Origin: Prasinococcaceae sp. CCMP 1430
Lineage: Eukaryota > Plantae > Prasinodermophyta
Length of the DNA: 64,000 nt
Direction of reading: 5' to 3'
Assembly (NCBI GenBank): GCA_013416795.1
Contig: RQSC01000005.1
Location: 264,733-328,732, forward strand
Shown: one piece after another, positions 43,901 through 54,499 of the stretch
Layout of the letters: each line of letters starts with the position of its first letter
How positions within the stretch are numbered: the stretch's first letter is position 1
Program-made: the position numbers and the translations under genes
The notes under the pieces: generated by a model
The model's input: only the letters and a program-made list of their open reading frames with translations
What the model was told of the DNA's origin: nothing
Database searches by the model: none

Positions 43901-46900
43901 GGATGCGTACGCCCCTGCCATGGGCTGGGCTGCATTTGCAAACCACGTATTGAGTGCATACGCGCGCTGGCCGCACGGGCGCCGCGCGACTCGCTGGAAG
44001 GTGGCCGCCGCAGCCGTGAGATGCCTGCGCGTGGCCCTGCAAGTCGCGCCCGGTAGGGGCGACGAACTTTCGTCAGCGGCGCAGCAAATGCTGCATCCAG
44101 ATGGTGCTGCAGGGGCCGCACTGGCGGAGCTGCTCTCCGCCAAGGGAGTCGAGACCGCCGCTGAGCACGCGCTCGGCGATGGCGCTGGAGTCGCGTTCGA
44201 GGCGACCATTTGTGAGGCCCTCAAGCTGTGGACTGCACTTGCGAATGCCGCTCCTGAGGGGGCAGTCGTCGCCCCTGCCGGCCATGCTTCTGAGCGCGCT
44301 TTCGCTGCGTGCGTTGAGCATATCGCCGGGCGTTCATACGAACTCAAGGCCGCGGCGGCAAGTGCCCTCGTGAGGCTCGCGGAGCGCGCGCCTCAACGCG
44401 CAGCGCTGGCGTGCGACGCCACCAAACTCGCCGGGGAGCTGAGCGAAGCAGTCAAGGGGGGTCGCTCAACGCCACGCGCGCGGCTGTCGGCCTTTGTGCT
44501 CGAAGGGCTCCTGGACGCACGCTCCCCGCTCGCCTACAAACTTCTCTCCCCGCCTGCTGGGCCGCGCACGGCGCTGGATGCAACGGAGAGCGATGTCAAG
44601 GCTGCCAATGCTGACGCAGCTGAGGCTGCCACCTTGGCGAGGGCCGCGAGGCGAAGCGAAGCAGAGGCGCACGTGCTTCCGGCCGTGTGGGACGTTGCGC
44701 GAGGCGCTAGCGATGGTCGCGATCGCAATCTGCAGGCACGGATGCTGAGGATAGCCCTTCTATTGTGGCTCCAGGGTGACAGCAGCACTGGGGCCGCTCT
44801 GTGGATATCAAAGCAGGAGGGTGCGTGGGACAAGCTGATCGAGGCCGTCGGCCTCTCCGCGGCTTCTGCGGGCTCTCAAAACGATGTTGACAGCATTGAC
44901 GGGCGGCTGGCCGTAATGGAGGCTGCCGCTCTGCGCATTCTTGGCGCTGAGGCGGCACAGCGCCCCCTCGGTGCCAGGAATCCGACCGGGGTCCTTTCAC
45001 GCACGCTGGGCGCCTGGGGCGAAACAGGCGTCGGAAAGCTGCTCACTAGGTACCAGAGCCAGCAGCCCATTCTGGATGCCTGCGAGGCGCTGGCAACAGC
45101 TCGAAGCTGTGCGCGTTGCGTCGCGCACATGCTCGTTCCCAATGCCTTCGCCGCACGTGATGCTGGGTCGACAGGCGCGGGTCCCTCTATCCGCCCAGAC
45201 GTCGCCAAGGACCTGGTCGAGGCTGCTGAAGCGGCGTGCAAAGATGCCGGCGTCGCGCCAGGTCGCACTCGGGATTTGGCGTGCGCAGCGACTCGAGCAG
45301 CCCACGAGGGCGCTATTTTCATGGCGCAGTCGGACGTCGCCGCACGCTGGGGGTCTGAGGTTGCGGGCTACCTGAATGCGGCCAAGAGCGCGTCGCTCGA
45401 GCATGTCTTGTTGCGACCGCCGCGACGCAACGCACGTATCAGCCTCACGCCCGAAATGTACGTGTACGACATCGGGTGGCTTGAGGATGCTCTGAGGGCA
45501 TGTCACGTCTATTCTGCCGGAGCTGCGCTGGCGGAAGCTGCTAGCCTCGAGCCCGCAGAGGCGGACCGCGAGCTTGCCACGGCCGCCACCAAGGCAATCG
45601 AGGCCGCCGAAGCCGCAGGTCATGCGGCGTCGCTGGCGGACGCTCGCACGGACGCGCTCGGCGCAATGCGTCTGCTGGTGGCAGCCGCCTTGCCCATGAC
45701 TCGCTCCGGCATCGAGCCCTCCGTCGCGGACGCTGCGAACGCCTGGACGTGGGAAAAAGACGAAGCTCTTGCGCCGCTCGTGTTGCGGCAGGTGGCTGCT
45801 GCCAGCGAGGCCTGCGCCGCCGCCGCCAAGGACCCTGGGCCAATGCGGGACGCCCAGGCCATCGAGAACTCACACCTCGCCTCGCTCTTCGTGCGTGCAC
45901 TCAACAAGGAGCTGCTGTCGTCGAAGGTGTCTGCAGCGTGTGTGGGGGCGTTTGCGACAGCACTTGGCCCGCCCGAGGCGCCTGCACGTGCGCTCGATGC
46001 CCTCGCTGCCGCCACATCATCGGCTCTTGGCGTCTCACCTGCTCCGTCGCTGGAAGCTTCTGTGCTCGCGGAGTCGCTGCGCCAGCGCAGCGTCGCCAAG
46101 AGCGCAACGGACGGGGCTGGCGGCACTGGTCGCACGTTGAGCCCCGCGCTAGCTTCGTGCGTGAGCGCCATGCTTGGCGGCGGCGGTGGCGGCTCCTTGC
46201 TCGCCCTGGGGCTCGAACAGCGAAGGGGCGAGATGGGTGCTGCTCTGTCGCCGGCCCAGCGCATGCTGCGCATCAGCCGTGCGGTCGCCGTCGCGGCGTC
46301 GCGCACGATTGAAGCGGGTGACCCCTCCGCGACGGCAGCCTGGTTCATGTCCCCTGCGTGGAGCGAAGCGCTCTCGGCGGCCGCCGCGCTCGTCGTTGAG
46401 CACGCTGCTGTGGACGACGCACTCCTGGAGGAGGCCACAAGCTTCGCCGCCGCCGTTGCTGGTGGTGTAGCGTCGAGCCTGCGCATATCAGGGTGGCTCC
46501 AACGCCAGCACTACCAGGACAGTGCGTCTGCGCAGGAGTCGAAGGCAGCACACGAGGCGACGTGCAGGGCGTGCAGGCTCCTCGCAGCGATGGCGCCGTT
46601 CGCCGGACGCTGGGCGCTCCGCGCCCCAGAGGCGCTCAAGCTGGTGTCGACCGAGGCGGTTGCGCTTGTGGCTGACGCCGGCGCGGCGCCAATGCCAGCC
46701 CAATTCGAGGTGGGCACCACGGTGTGGGCGGCGCGAAAGGACGGGTGGATTGAGGCATCGGTCGTGCAGGTGGGGTCGGACAATCGCCCCCCGACCTACA
46801 CGATGCGTGCCACTGGTGCGGCGGGCGACGAGTTCGAAGTTGTGGCGTGTGAGGCGCGCGCGCGCGTGTACGGCCCCAACGGTGCCGTGGTGACCCCACA

Positions 46901-47354
46901 GGTGGCCAGCGCGGCCAGTGCGACCGCGCTGGCTGAGCATTGGCGTAGGGCGGCGGCCGCTGCCGATTCTGCCGTGGGCGCTGCGTGCGTGTTCCTGGCG
47001 CGGCTAGCCGCGCGTAGTGCCAAGCACAGGGCCTTCAGCGATGTGCTTGGCGCTGCACCCAAACCCGACGCACTCGAGCGGGTCGCGCGCGCTCTGAGTG
47101 CGCGCGTTGTGCTGCTGGCAGGAGGGGGCGGAACGCAAGGGGCAGCGCTCATGCCCAGCGCAACCGCAGTCGCTCGCTCGCTCGAGGCCGCCGTGGCTCT
47201 CGTGATTCCACACTCGCGGGAGGGCACTGTCGGAAGGAGTCGTTCGAGCACGATTCGCGACGCCGTCGAGGCAGCCGCCAAGGCACTGGAGGGTGCCGGT
47301 GGAGAGGGGGGACAGCTCCCCGCGCAGCTGCGAGCGACGGTAGATGCGCTCTGA
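40968..47354 (+). CDS. NUP188: Nucleoporin Nup188-like scaffold (2128 aa, apparently intronless) with N-terminal FG repeats
   Basis: SLWWDPF, FKPPSSEAR, ALAVSEHLELNEVQAYVLV and YYYTERRDLL match the plant Nup188 N-terminus; the length fits. Confidence 0.8.
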   Translation: MAGVFGFGATPTGKETPAPLFGGAATPPAGGAGAAPLFGAATATPAAATTTTPSGAGGAGAAPLFGAASAAQAGPAAAQASKAPATVQAASISFGGAQATGTGPSKEPAAATPAAAAAANNTAASTQPLAAAAANTAAAAPAAGTNALAVPAGSVGQSGALYDATSLWWDPFHRLAVALEEAVRGLRDEVSLRAELDRFARFLADPASAFKPPSSEARAAIATTGKFGINGKAKAVAPGLRDAALAVSEHLELNEVQAYVLVVRCYRNGADGLPKSDPSMPEECARVPTRCESYYYTERRDLLFAIFNVLQLAKMRTDMTEAAADVAEDEGRDGDAHHSAAAENLAACEACADAVAKARSAGLEANLASALKAALGGPPAARAMAAMAGSLLSRGVTAGVNAAADWARAALREQCQLLEIVYAVGLTGQDNLQEMLDTLGAHVFGVDTNIESRTSQTAAAAALAAAEGEARAYTERREALAACLSLQLMGFDSLISRIGDEQTGTWERNVLAGAGAANTCRAVTEVVDMIAEAVCDAAVRTGAHAPPQARAVVCLGWACVLHLIEQLPEPLAGPLPSLEKCVEAATRGRALEWVTSAFSAGGALSTGAAGVGAGAHEHCMSEDARWMMRSVLSAHLASFVIPAPIGALLQPWSEISRTTAALAAVLDGAVEISEDIMVDNNSAPINQPINALLQQALRPFPEDPRPICTLLRSMCASERCAMDVVLYLDRAPTLALRHHVSDGTITVSAAGGTATLLETVDAQLAPGMVMRLEAQSQGTLLGVPDSNSGGSAIVAWNYPQRGIAVLLARLAGVIAAIVEARRGGHTPAGETVESALVMVDLLERAAGHNMVVAGQLVDCANACNVPFAAMIASLVATTCESLSTPFPGCLELLSAALRLASALSEVGPSNAFAALTAMPGLMTQQTGTAPTPPVVLMSLAALERSMGGKYLGTIAFLDASTNAMLNGHRVATDGSAHGDAYAPAMGWAAFANHVLSAYARWPHGRRATRWKVAAAAVRCLRVALQVAPGRGDELSSAAQQMLHPDGAAGAALAELLSAKGVETAAEHALGDGAGVAFEATICEALKLWTALANAAPEGAVVAPAGHASERAFAACVEHIAGRSYELKAAAASALVRLAERAPQRAALACDATKLAGELSEAVKGGRSTPRARLSAFVLEGLLDARSPLAYKLLSPPAGPRTALDATESDVKAANADAAEAATLARAARRSEAEAHVLPAVWDVARGASDGRDRNLQARMLRIALLLWLQGDSSTGAALWISKQEGAWDKLIEAVGLSAASAGSQNDVDSIDGRLAVMEAAALRILGAEAAQRPLGARNPTGVLSRTLGAWGETGVGKLLTRYQSQQPILDACEALATARSCARCVAHMLVPNAFAARDAGSTGAGPSIRPDVAKDLVEAAEAACKDAGVAPGRTRDLACAATRAAHEGAIFMAQSDVAARWGSEVAGYLNAAKSASLEHVLLRPPRRNARISLTPEMYVYDIGWLEDALRACHVYSAGAALAEAASLEPAEADRELATAATKAIEAAEAAGHAASLADARTDALGAMRLLVAAALPMTRSGIEPSVADAANAWTWEKDEALAPLVLRQVAAASEACAAAAKDPGPMRDAQAIENSHLASLFVRALNKELLSSKVSAACVGAFATALGPPEAPARALDALAAATSSALGVSPAPSLEASVLAESLRQRSVAKSATDGAGGTGRTLSPALASCVSAMLGGGGGGSLLALGLEQRRGEMGAALSPAQRMLRISRAVAVAASRTIEAGDPSATAAWFMSPAWSEALSAAAALVVEHAAVDDALLEEATSFAAAVAGGVASSLRISGWLQRQHYQDSASAQESKAAHEATCRACRLLAAMAPFAGRWALRAPEALKLVSTEAVALVADAGAAPMPAQFEVGTTVWAARKDGWIEASVVQVGSDNRPPTYTMRATGAAGDEFEVVACEARARVYGPNGAVVTPQVASAASATALAEHWRRAAAAADSAVGAACVFLARLAARSAKHRAFSDVLGAAPKPDALERVARALSARVVLLAGGGGTQGAALMPSATAVARSLEAAVALVIPHSREGTVGRSRSSTIRDAVEAAAKALEGAGGEGGQLPAQLRATVDAL

Positions 47355-47458
47355 GCTCCAGCTGGAGCCGCATGCGTAATTCCAGCTCTCGTCCTGATGG
47401 TACTCGTACATTTATGGTCTTGTTTATGCGATTCTGCGTGCGCGGCGCCAGCGGCGCC

Positions 47459-48691
47459 CTACGCCTCAGCTGGCGGGGCCATCGCGGCCGGTGAAGCCAC
47501 CTTCGGCGGGGTGCCGGCGGTGCCGAAAGCGTTGGTCTGTGCGAGCTTTGAGGTCACCTTGGAGAACTTGGTCATCTTGAAAGGCGCGGTCTTGTTCGCG
47601 CTCGCAGCCTTGGCCTTGGCGCCGCTGACCGCGTGCCCCTGCGTGGCCCGCGTGCTGCGCGGCTCGATTTTGGCGCTCGCCCTGTTGAACGCCTCCTTGC
47701 GCTGCTCATTAACGTTCACCCAATCGTGCATGAACTCGCCTTGCACGATGTGCTTGATGTTGGGCGAGTCGCCGAACATGCGCTCCTCCTCAATTGTGCG
47801 TTTGGCGCTTGGGCGGCCGAATGTGTGCTCTGGGTTGTCGTCCGAGGGCAGGGGCACGCGGGTCTTGTCCATGGCCTGCGACGCCGGGTCGATCTTCTTC
47901 AGGCGAATGTCGTTGGTTTCGCGGAACTTGCGCACCTCGCTCGGACTCTTGCACGCTGCCGCGAGCTTGTTCATCGCCAAAAAGTCCGGCCCGGTTTTGT
48001 CGTCTTGCTTGCTTTTGTGCGCCACCCACGTCATGGTCACCTCGCGCGCACCCTCCGGGTCCTTTGGCTTAACGAGGCCATACGCAAAATCCTTGTCGGG
48101 CAGCTTGTGCGTCACCTTCTTCACCTGTAGAGAGGAAGCGCCAGCGACGAAGATGAGAGCGCAGACATCGGCGCTGAGGTGTTAGGTACTGCCAGCTCAC
48201 GGGTAGCAAAGTTCGGCAGCGGCGCGCTGGACTCCATCTCTTCTCTTCCCCCTCCGCCTTTTCTGAGCCAGTGTGCGTAGGCGCACGCGAGGCGCTGGGC
48301 GCGCGCGCGGGTGGAGAAGGGAAGCGCCTCCGCGCGCACGGCGGGGCACCCCCTTGCGCGTGGCGCCCGGGACGACTCCTCACATGTCTTGTCGCAGCCA
48401 ACGCCGCACCGCCCGCGCCGCTCGCGGCGAGCGAGGCGCTGGTGCGCTGGGGGAACGCCCCTCTCCCCCGCGCGCGCGCATCCGCGGGACCAAAAAAAAA
48501 AACATTGGGAGGACCAGCACGAGCGACGCCCGGGGGCGGAGCGCCCCGCCCGCGCGTCACTTAGCGGCGCCCGCCTCTCCCTCCTCCCCCTACAGCGCGC
48601 GCGCTCTCACCTTGCCGATCTCGGCACGGATAATTAGATCGTTCTTCTCGAACGTCTTGCGCACCACGCCCATGCGCTCGTCGGTCGCCAT
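47459..48691 (-). CDS. CFAP77: Cilia/flagella-associated protein 77 (DUF4483); exons 48691-48611 and 48124-47459
   Basis: NDLIIRAEIGK|VKKVTHKLP, FAYG, DPEGAREV, WVAH, DFLAMNK and FRETNDIRL. Confidence 0.75.
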
Positions 48692-49225
48692 GGCCGCCGC
48701 CGGCCGGGGCGCGGGCGCGCGCGCTGTGGCGCTGCTGCGCGCGGCGGAGGCAAAGTCGCGCGCTCGGGGAACGGAACCCGCGATGATGGAACCTCAACTC
48801 GATTTCAGGAGTCCACTGTTTTAAATGCTCATTCTCAGGCGGTCGGATATGTGAATATTGATATGATATTACGGATATATCAAAATATTAACATTTCACC
48901 GTCGAAATTTGAACCGCGCAGCGCCCCTTCGGCCAAAAAACGCAACGACCGGCAGAGGCAACAACCAAAAAAAAAAAAAAGGGGGGGCGCGCTCGGTGCA
49001 CGCTTTGGGATATATGGACCCTAGATAGTAAACCCAAATAGTGCCGTTAACGGCGCTGAACCTTAACCCCTTGGCGCCAGGTCCGCACGAAAGCGGGGAA
49101 ATTTCGCGGGCGACGCGCTCGGGACGCTCTTCAACAAAGAGGCACTGCTGGGTGCGCTCGTGGTCCGGCGGGCGGCGCGGACGGGCTCGGCGGGCGGCGC
49201 GGGGCGGCGCGGGACGGAGGCGGCC

Positions 49226-52200
49226 ATGGATGACCAGTACGACGAGTTCGGCAACTTCCTGGGCGAGCTCAGCGACGGCGAGGGGGGGCTTGATGATGGA
49301 TTCGACGACGATGGCGGCCTCGCCGACGAGGAGCTCGACGAGATGGAGCGGCGCGCCGCAGAGCGCGACGCTGGCGGCGACCTAAACGCGGGCGACGAGG
49401 GCGCCATGGAGGTTGATGCCGTGGCGAGCACGGCAGTGGTGCTGCACGAAGACAAACAGTACTACCCTACAGCCGAAGAGGTCTATGGCCAGGGTGCGTT
49501 GCGCGCGCGCCAGCGCGCCAGCGCTGCGATGCGCCTCGCAGCGCCTCGCAGCGCGGCGCTCGGGCGGGGCCGGCGTGCTCTGGGCATGTGCACTGTGGTG
49601 CGACACTGCCGCCATGATCGCGTGCACGAATGCTCTGCGCTGCACTCGCTCGCCAGCGGGGCCGAGCAAACGCCCAGCTTTGGCTCCCTCGCGGTCGGCG
49701 TTTTGCGATCTGGTGCTAACGCCGCCCACTCGCCCATCCTCACCTCACGGCTTGCGGCCTTGCGCGCCCTTCGTGCGCAGGCACGGAGGCGGTGTACCAC
49801 GACGAGGATGCGCAGGACCTCAATGTGCCTCTGCTCGCGCCGAAGAAGGAAGCCGCGACCACCAAGATTGCCGCGGCCGCGAAGGAGACCGCCGCTGAGG
49901 ACGACGGGGCCGCCGAGGATGAAGAGGACTTTCCGATGGTGTGCAACGCCAGCTTTCTGCGCGGGCTGAGCTCCACACCGGCGGTGTGCCGCAACGTGGC
50001 CTTCGTGGGGCACCTGCACCACGGCAAGACTGCGGTGCTTGACATGCTGGTCCGCGAATCGCACCGAGCCGATGCACTGCCGCCGGGCGGCACAGGTGCG
50101 GATCCGCTGCCAATGCGCTACACCGACGCGCGCGAGGACGAGCGCGCGAGGCGGATGAGTGTGAAGCTCACGCCCATCACGTGTGTGGCTGAGGGCGGCA
50201 GGGGAAAGAGCTACGCGCTTACGGTGCTCGACTGCCCCGGCCACGCCGATTTCTCGGACGAGCTGGCGGCGGCGGGCAGGATCGCGGACGGCGCGGTGGT
50301 GGTGGTCGACGCCGCGGAGGGCGTGATGCTCAGCACAGAGCGCGCGCTGAAGGCGGCAGTGCGCGAGGGGCTCAAGGTGTGTCTCGTGATCAACAAGCTC
50401 GACCGCCTGGTGACCGAGCTCAAGCTGCCTCCAAACGATACTTACTTCAAGATTAAGCACACCATCGAGGAGGTCAACGCCATCCTGGCGGGATGCACGA
50501 GCGGTGTGTCGGGGGACGGGGTGACACAGCGCGTCGACCCTGTTGTCGGCAACGTGTGCTTCTCGAGCGCGTCGTACGGCTTTTGCTTCTCGTTGCTGTC
50601 GTTCGCGCGTTTGTACGCCGACGTGCACGGCATGCCCGTTGACGCTAGGGCTTTCTCCGCACGACTTTGGGGGGACATGTACTACAATCCGGCCACGCGC
50701 GGCTTTCGGAAAAAGCCCCCTGCCGAGTCCATGGAGCCCAAGCGGTCGTTCGTCGAGTTCGTCCTCGAGCCCATGTACAAGATCTTCTCGCTCTGCGTTG
50801 GTGAGCACCCCAAGTCAGTCGCGCGCGCGCTCGAGACGCTTGGTGTGAACCTCCCCCCAGCCGCTTACAAGCAGGACGTGCGGCCACTCCTGCGCGACGC
50901 CTGCGTGGCCGTCTTCGGTGACATGTCGAGCCTTGTCGACATGATGGTGGAGCACGTGCCTGCGATTGACGAGGGCGTCGCTGCCAAGGTGGACCTGCAG
51001 TACACTGGACCCTCCGAGGGGGTTCTCGCCACGGCAATGCGCAAGTGCGACCCGGCGGGCCCGCTAGTAGTGCACGTGACGAAGCTCTATCAGCGCGGCG
51101 ACGGCTCGTGCTTCGATGCGTACGGCAGGGTCATGAGCGGCACGCTGCGTACCGGCGCGGGCGTGCGCGTACTGGGCGAGGCGTACTCACCCGAGGACGA
51201 GGAGGACATGGCGGTCAAAACGGTGGAGGCTCTGTGGCTCTATCAGGCACGGTACCGAGTGCCTGTGAGCGAGGCACGTGCGGGGCAGCTGGTGCTCATC
51301 GGTGGCGTGGATGCCACCATCTCGAAGACCGCGACAATCATCGCAGAGGAGAGCGAGTTCGATGAGGAACCATACATCTTCCGGCCGCTGCAATTCGACG
51401 CGCGCTCGGTGGTCAAGGTGGCCGTGGAGCCGCTCAATCCGTCGGAGCTGCCCAAGGTGGTGGAAGGCCTACGCTCTGTGAACAAGAGCTACCCGCTGGC
51501 TGTGACCAAGGTGGAGGAGAGCGGGGAGCACACCATTCTGGGCACCGGCGAGGTCTTCCTGGACTCGGTGATGCGAGATCTGCGCGAGATGTATTCCAAC
51601 GTCGAGGTCAAAGTCAGCGACCCCGTCACGTGCTTTCGCGAGTCGGTCGCGGAGACGAGCTCGCTCAAGTGCTACGCCGAGACGCCCAACGGAAAGAACA
51701 AGCTCACCATGGTGGCGGAGCCGCTCGACCGCGGACTGGCGGAGGACATCGAGGGGGGCGCAGTGAGCCTCGACTGGCCGAGGCGCCGCCAGGCGTCTTT
51801 CTTCACCGAGAAGTACGAGTGGGACGCCCTTGCAGCGCGCTCGGTTTGGGCGTTCGGCCCCGAGCCCGCCAACGGCCCCAATGCCTTCCTTGACGACACG
51901 CTACCGTCCGAGGTCGACAAATCGATGCTCAACGCCATCAAGGACAGCGTGGCGCAGGGCTTTCGCTGGGGTTCGCGCGAGGGCCCGCTGTGCGACGAGC
52001 CTGTGCGCGGCGTCAAGTGGCGGCTGCTTGACGCGGTGGTGGCGGATGAGCCCATGCACCGCGGCGGCGGCCAGGTGATCCCCACGGCGCGTCGCGCGAT
52101 CTACTCGTCGTTCTTGACTGCCGCCCCTAGGCTGATGGAGCCCGTGTACCACGTGGAAGTGCAGACGCCCGCGGATTGCCTGAGCGCCATCTACACCGTG

Positions 52201-52572
52201 CTCTCCAAGCGGCGCGGCCACGTGCTGGCGGACACGCCCAAGCCAGGCACGCCCGTGTTCTCGGTGAAAGCTTACCTACCGGCAATTGAGAGCTTTGGCT
52301 TCGAGACGGACCTGCGGGTCCACACGCAGGGGCAGGCCTTCTCGCAGATGGTGTTTGACCACTGGGCGCTGGTCCCGGGAGATCCGCTCGACAGGGGCGT
52401 CGTGCTGCGGCCGCTCGAACCCCAGCCCACACAGCATCTCGCGCGCGAATTCACCGTCAAGACGAGGCGGCGCAAGGGCATGGCCGAGGAAGTCAGCGTG
52501 TCCCGTTTCCTCGACGACCCAGCTCTGCTCGAGCTCGCGCGCGCCGACGAGACGCTCGCGAGCATCTTGTGA
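49226..52572 (+). CDS. EFTUD2: U5 snRNP 116-kDa GTPase Snu114; exons 49226-49493 and 49781-52572
   Basis: MDDQYDEFGN, VVLHEDKQYYPTAEEVYG, GHLHHGKT, DCPGHADF, INKLDR, TDLRVHTQGQAF and KTRRRKG. Confidence 0.97.
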
Positions 52573-52663
52573 CGCTTCGCGGTAATTTCAAAAGTATACA
52601 TTTATGAACATGCTCACCCCTCGGTGGCAGCGCGGGTGCGCACCCGAGCTGACCCGGATGGTC

Positions 52664-53896
52664 TCACAGCGGCACGTGCTGGAGCACGTCCGAGCTCTCG
52701 ATTCCGTCGGCGAGCTCGCCGACGGAGATGGCGTAGAGCGTCGAGTTGTTGTATCGGCGGATGACGTCGAAGTTGGCGCAGCCGAGGTAGCCCTCCTCCG
52801 ATCCCGGCCCGTCGGGCACGACGAGCTTGCACGCCGCCTCGGCGGGCAGCGCGAGCGGGGCGTCGTCCGCGGCGCCGGCTGCTCCCTGGGCGGCGAGCGG
52901 CCGCACGCCTGCGGCGTACCACTCGGCGGCCGTCCTGCGCTCGGCGGGGGCGGCAGTCCCGCGCATCGACTCGGGCACGCGCACGCGCGTGCCTACGCAC
53001 TCGCCCGCCCGCCAGCCGTTCGCCTCCAGGTAGTTGGCGATTGAGGCGAGCGCGTCGGCGCGGCTGCGCCAGATGTCCTTGCGCCCGTCGCCGTCATGGT
53101 CCACCGCGTACGCCTCGAACGAGCTCGGCATGAACTGGCACTGCCCCATCGCGCCCGCCCAGCTCCCGAGGAAGCCGCGCAGGGGCGCGTGACCCGCATC
53201 GATGATGCTCAGCGCGCGCACGAGCTCCCTCCGAAAGTACGCCGCGCGCACCTCGGACGTGCTGTCGTACGCGAGCGTCACCAGCGCGGGCACCACCGCG
53301 TGCGACCCCTGGATGCGCCCGTATGCGCTCTCCACCCCCCAGATCGCCGCGATCACGCCGCGCGCCACGCCGTACTTGTCCTCCAGCTCCTGCAGAAGCG
53401 GGCGCACCTCGGCGCCCGCGGCTAGGCCGTTGCGCAGGCGAAGCGTGTAAATCGCCTGGCGGTCGAGGTACTCACGGGTGGTGAGCGTATACTCCGGCTG
53501 CGATTTGTCGAGCTCTTTCACCGCCGGCAGCGGCTTGAGGCCCTTGAGCGCCGCATCGACCGTGCGCGCCGACACGCCCGCATCACGCGCCTCGCGCGAG
53601 ACGCCGTCAAGCCAGCGCTCGAACTTGCGGCGCTCGCGCCGGTCGAGCTCGGGCGGCTCGCCGCCCGGGTAGGCGTACGTCGAGCCGCGCGCGTCGGGGA
53701 CGAGGTCCTCGCCGCGCGGGCCCACGCTCGCACGTGCGTACCCGCAGGCCACCGCAACACCGGCAACACCCGCGGCGGCCGCGGCCGCGTCCGCGGGGCA
53801 GCAGGAGCAGGGAGGAGGCGAGCAGCACCACCGCCACACCCACCACCGCCCCCGCCCGCAGCGCACACACGCGCGCGCATTCGCGCGAGCGCGCAC
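52664..53896 (-). CDS. mltB: Bacterial-type lytic murein transglycosylase (MltB/Slt35, SLT_2 family); 5' end ambiguous
   Basis: QPEY, IWGVESAYG (catalytic Glu), GSWAGAMGQCQFMPSS, AVDHDGDGRKDIW, ASIANYL and NFDVIRRYNNSTLYA. Confidence 0.92.
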   Translation of the reverse strand: MRARANARACVRCGRGRWWVWRWCCSPPPCSCCPADAAAAAAGVAGVAVACGYARASVGPRGEDLVPDARGSTYAYPGGEPPELDRRERRKFERWLDGVSREARDAGVSARTVDAALKGLKPLPAVKELDKSQPEYTLTTREYLDRQAIYTLRLRNGLAAGAEVRPLLQELEDKYGVARGVIAAIWGVESAYGRIQGSHAVVPALVTLAYDSTSEVRAAYFRRELVRALSIIDAGHAPLRGFLGSWAGAMGQCQFMPSSFEAYAVDHDGDGRKDIWRSRADALASIANYLEANGWRAGECVGTRVRVPESMRGTAAPAERRTAAEWYAAGVRPLAAQGAAGAADDAPLALPAEAACKLVVPDGPGSEEGYLGCANFDVIRRYNNSTLYAISVGELADGIESSDVLQHVPL

Positions 53897-54499
53897 TTAT
53901 TCATTTCGAATTCCCTCTCGCCGCCGACGCGCATTCCGGGCGACTCGAATCCGAATCCGAATCCGCGCGCGCGCGGCGTAGACCCGGTCTCCGGGCGCTG
54001 CGTACCCCGTCTACGCCAACGAAGGAACCGTCTGCGCGCCGGATTACACCCGGTCAAACGAAATCGGACCGGGGTCGACTGAGGCCATCCCATCGAGAGT
54101 GTGTACGTACTGTAGTACTACACGCGTCCATAGCTTGCATGTGTGACGGGCCGCGGGGGGGAACAAGCACAACTTGGGCAGCCCCGGCCGTTCCCCGAAC
54201 ACCGCCTTTTGAACGCGCGGGTGCACGCGCGGGTGCGGGCGAGAGGCGAGCGGGCCGGGGAAGGGGAGGAGGGGAGGGGAGGGGAGGGGAGGGGAGGGGA
54301 ACGAGCGAGCGAGCGCCGGTCGGGGGGATGTGTACGTGCGGTGTTGCCGTGCCGTGCCACTCTGCGGCGCTCAGCGCGAACCACCACCTCGGCCGCGCGT
54401 CCGGGCAATTCTGCGGCGCGCGGGCGGCGGCGCATCTCCCGGCGCGCAGGGGCGCGTTCTCGGCGACGCGGCGGGCAGCGCGGAGGGCGCCGCGATTCG

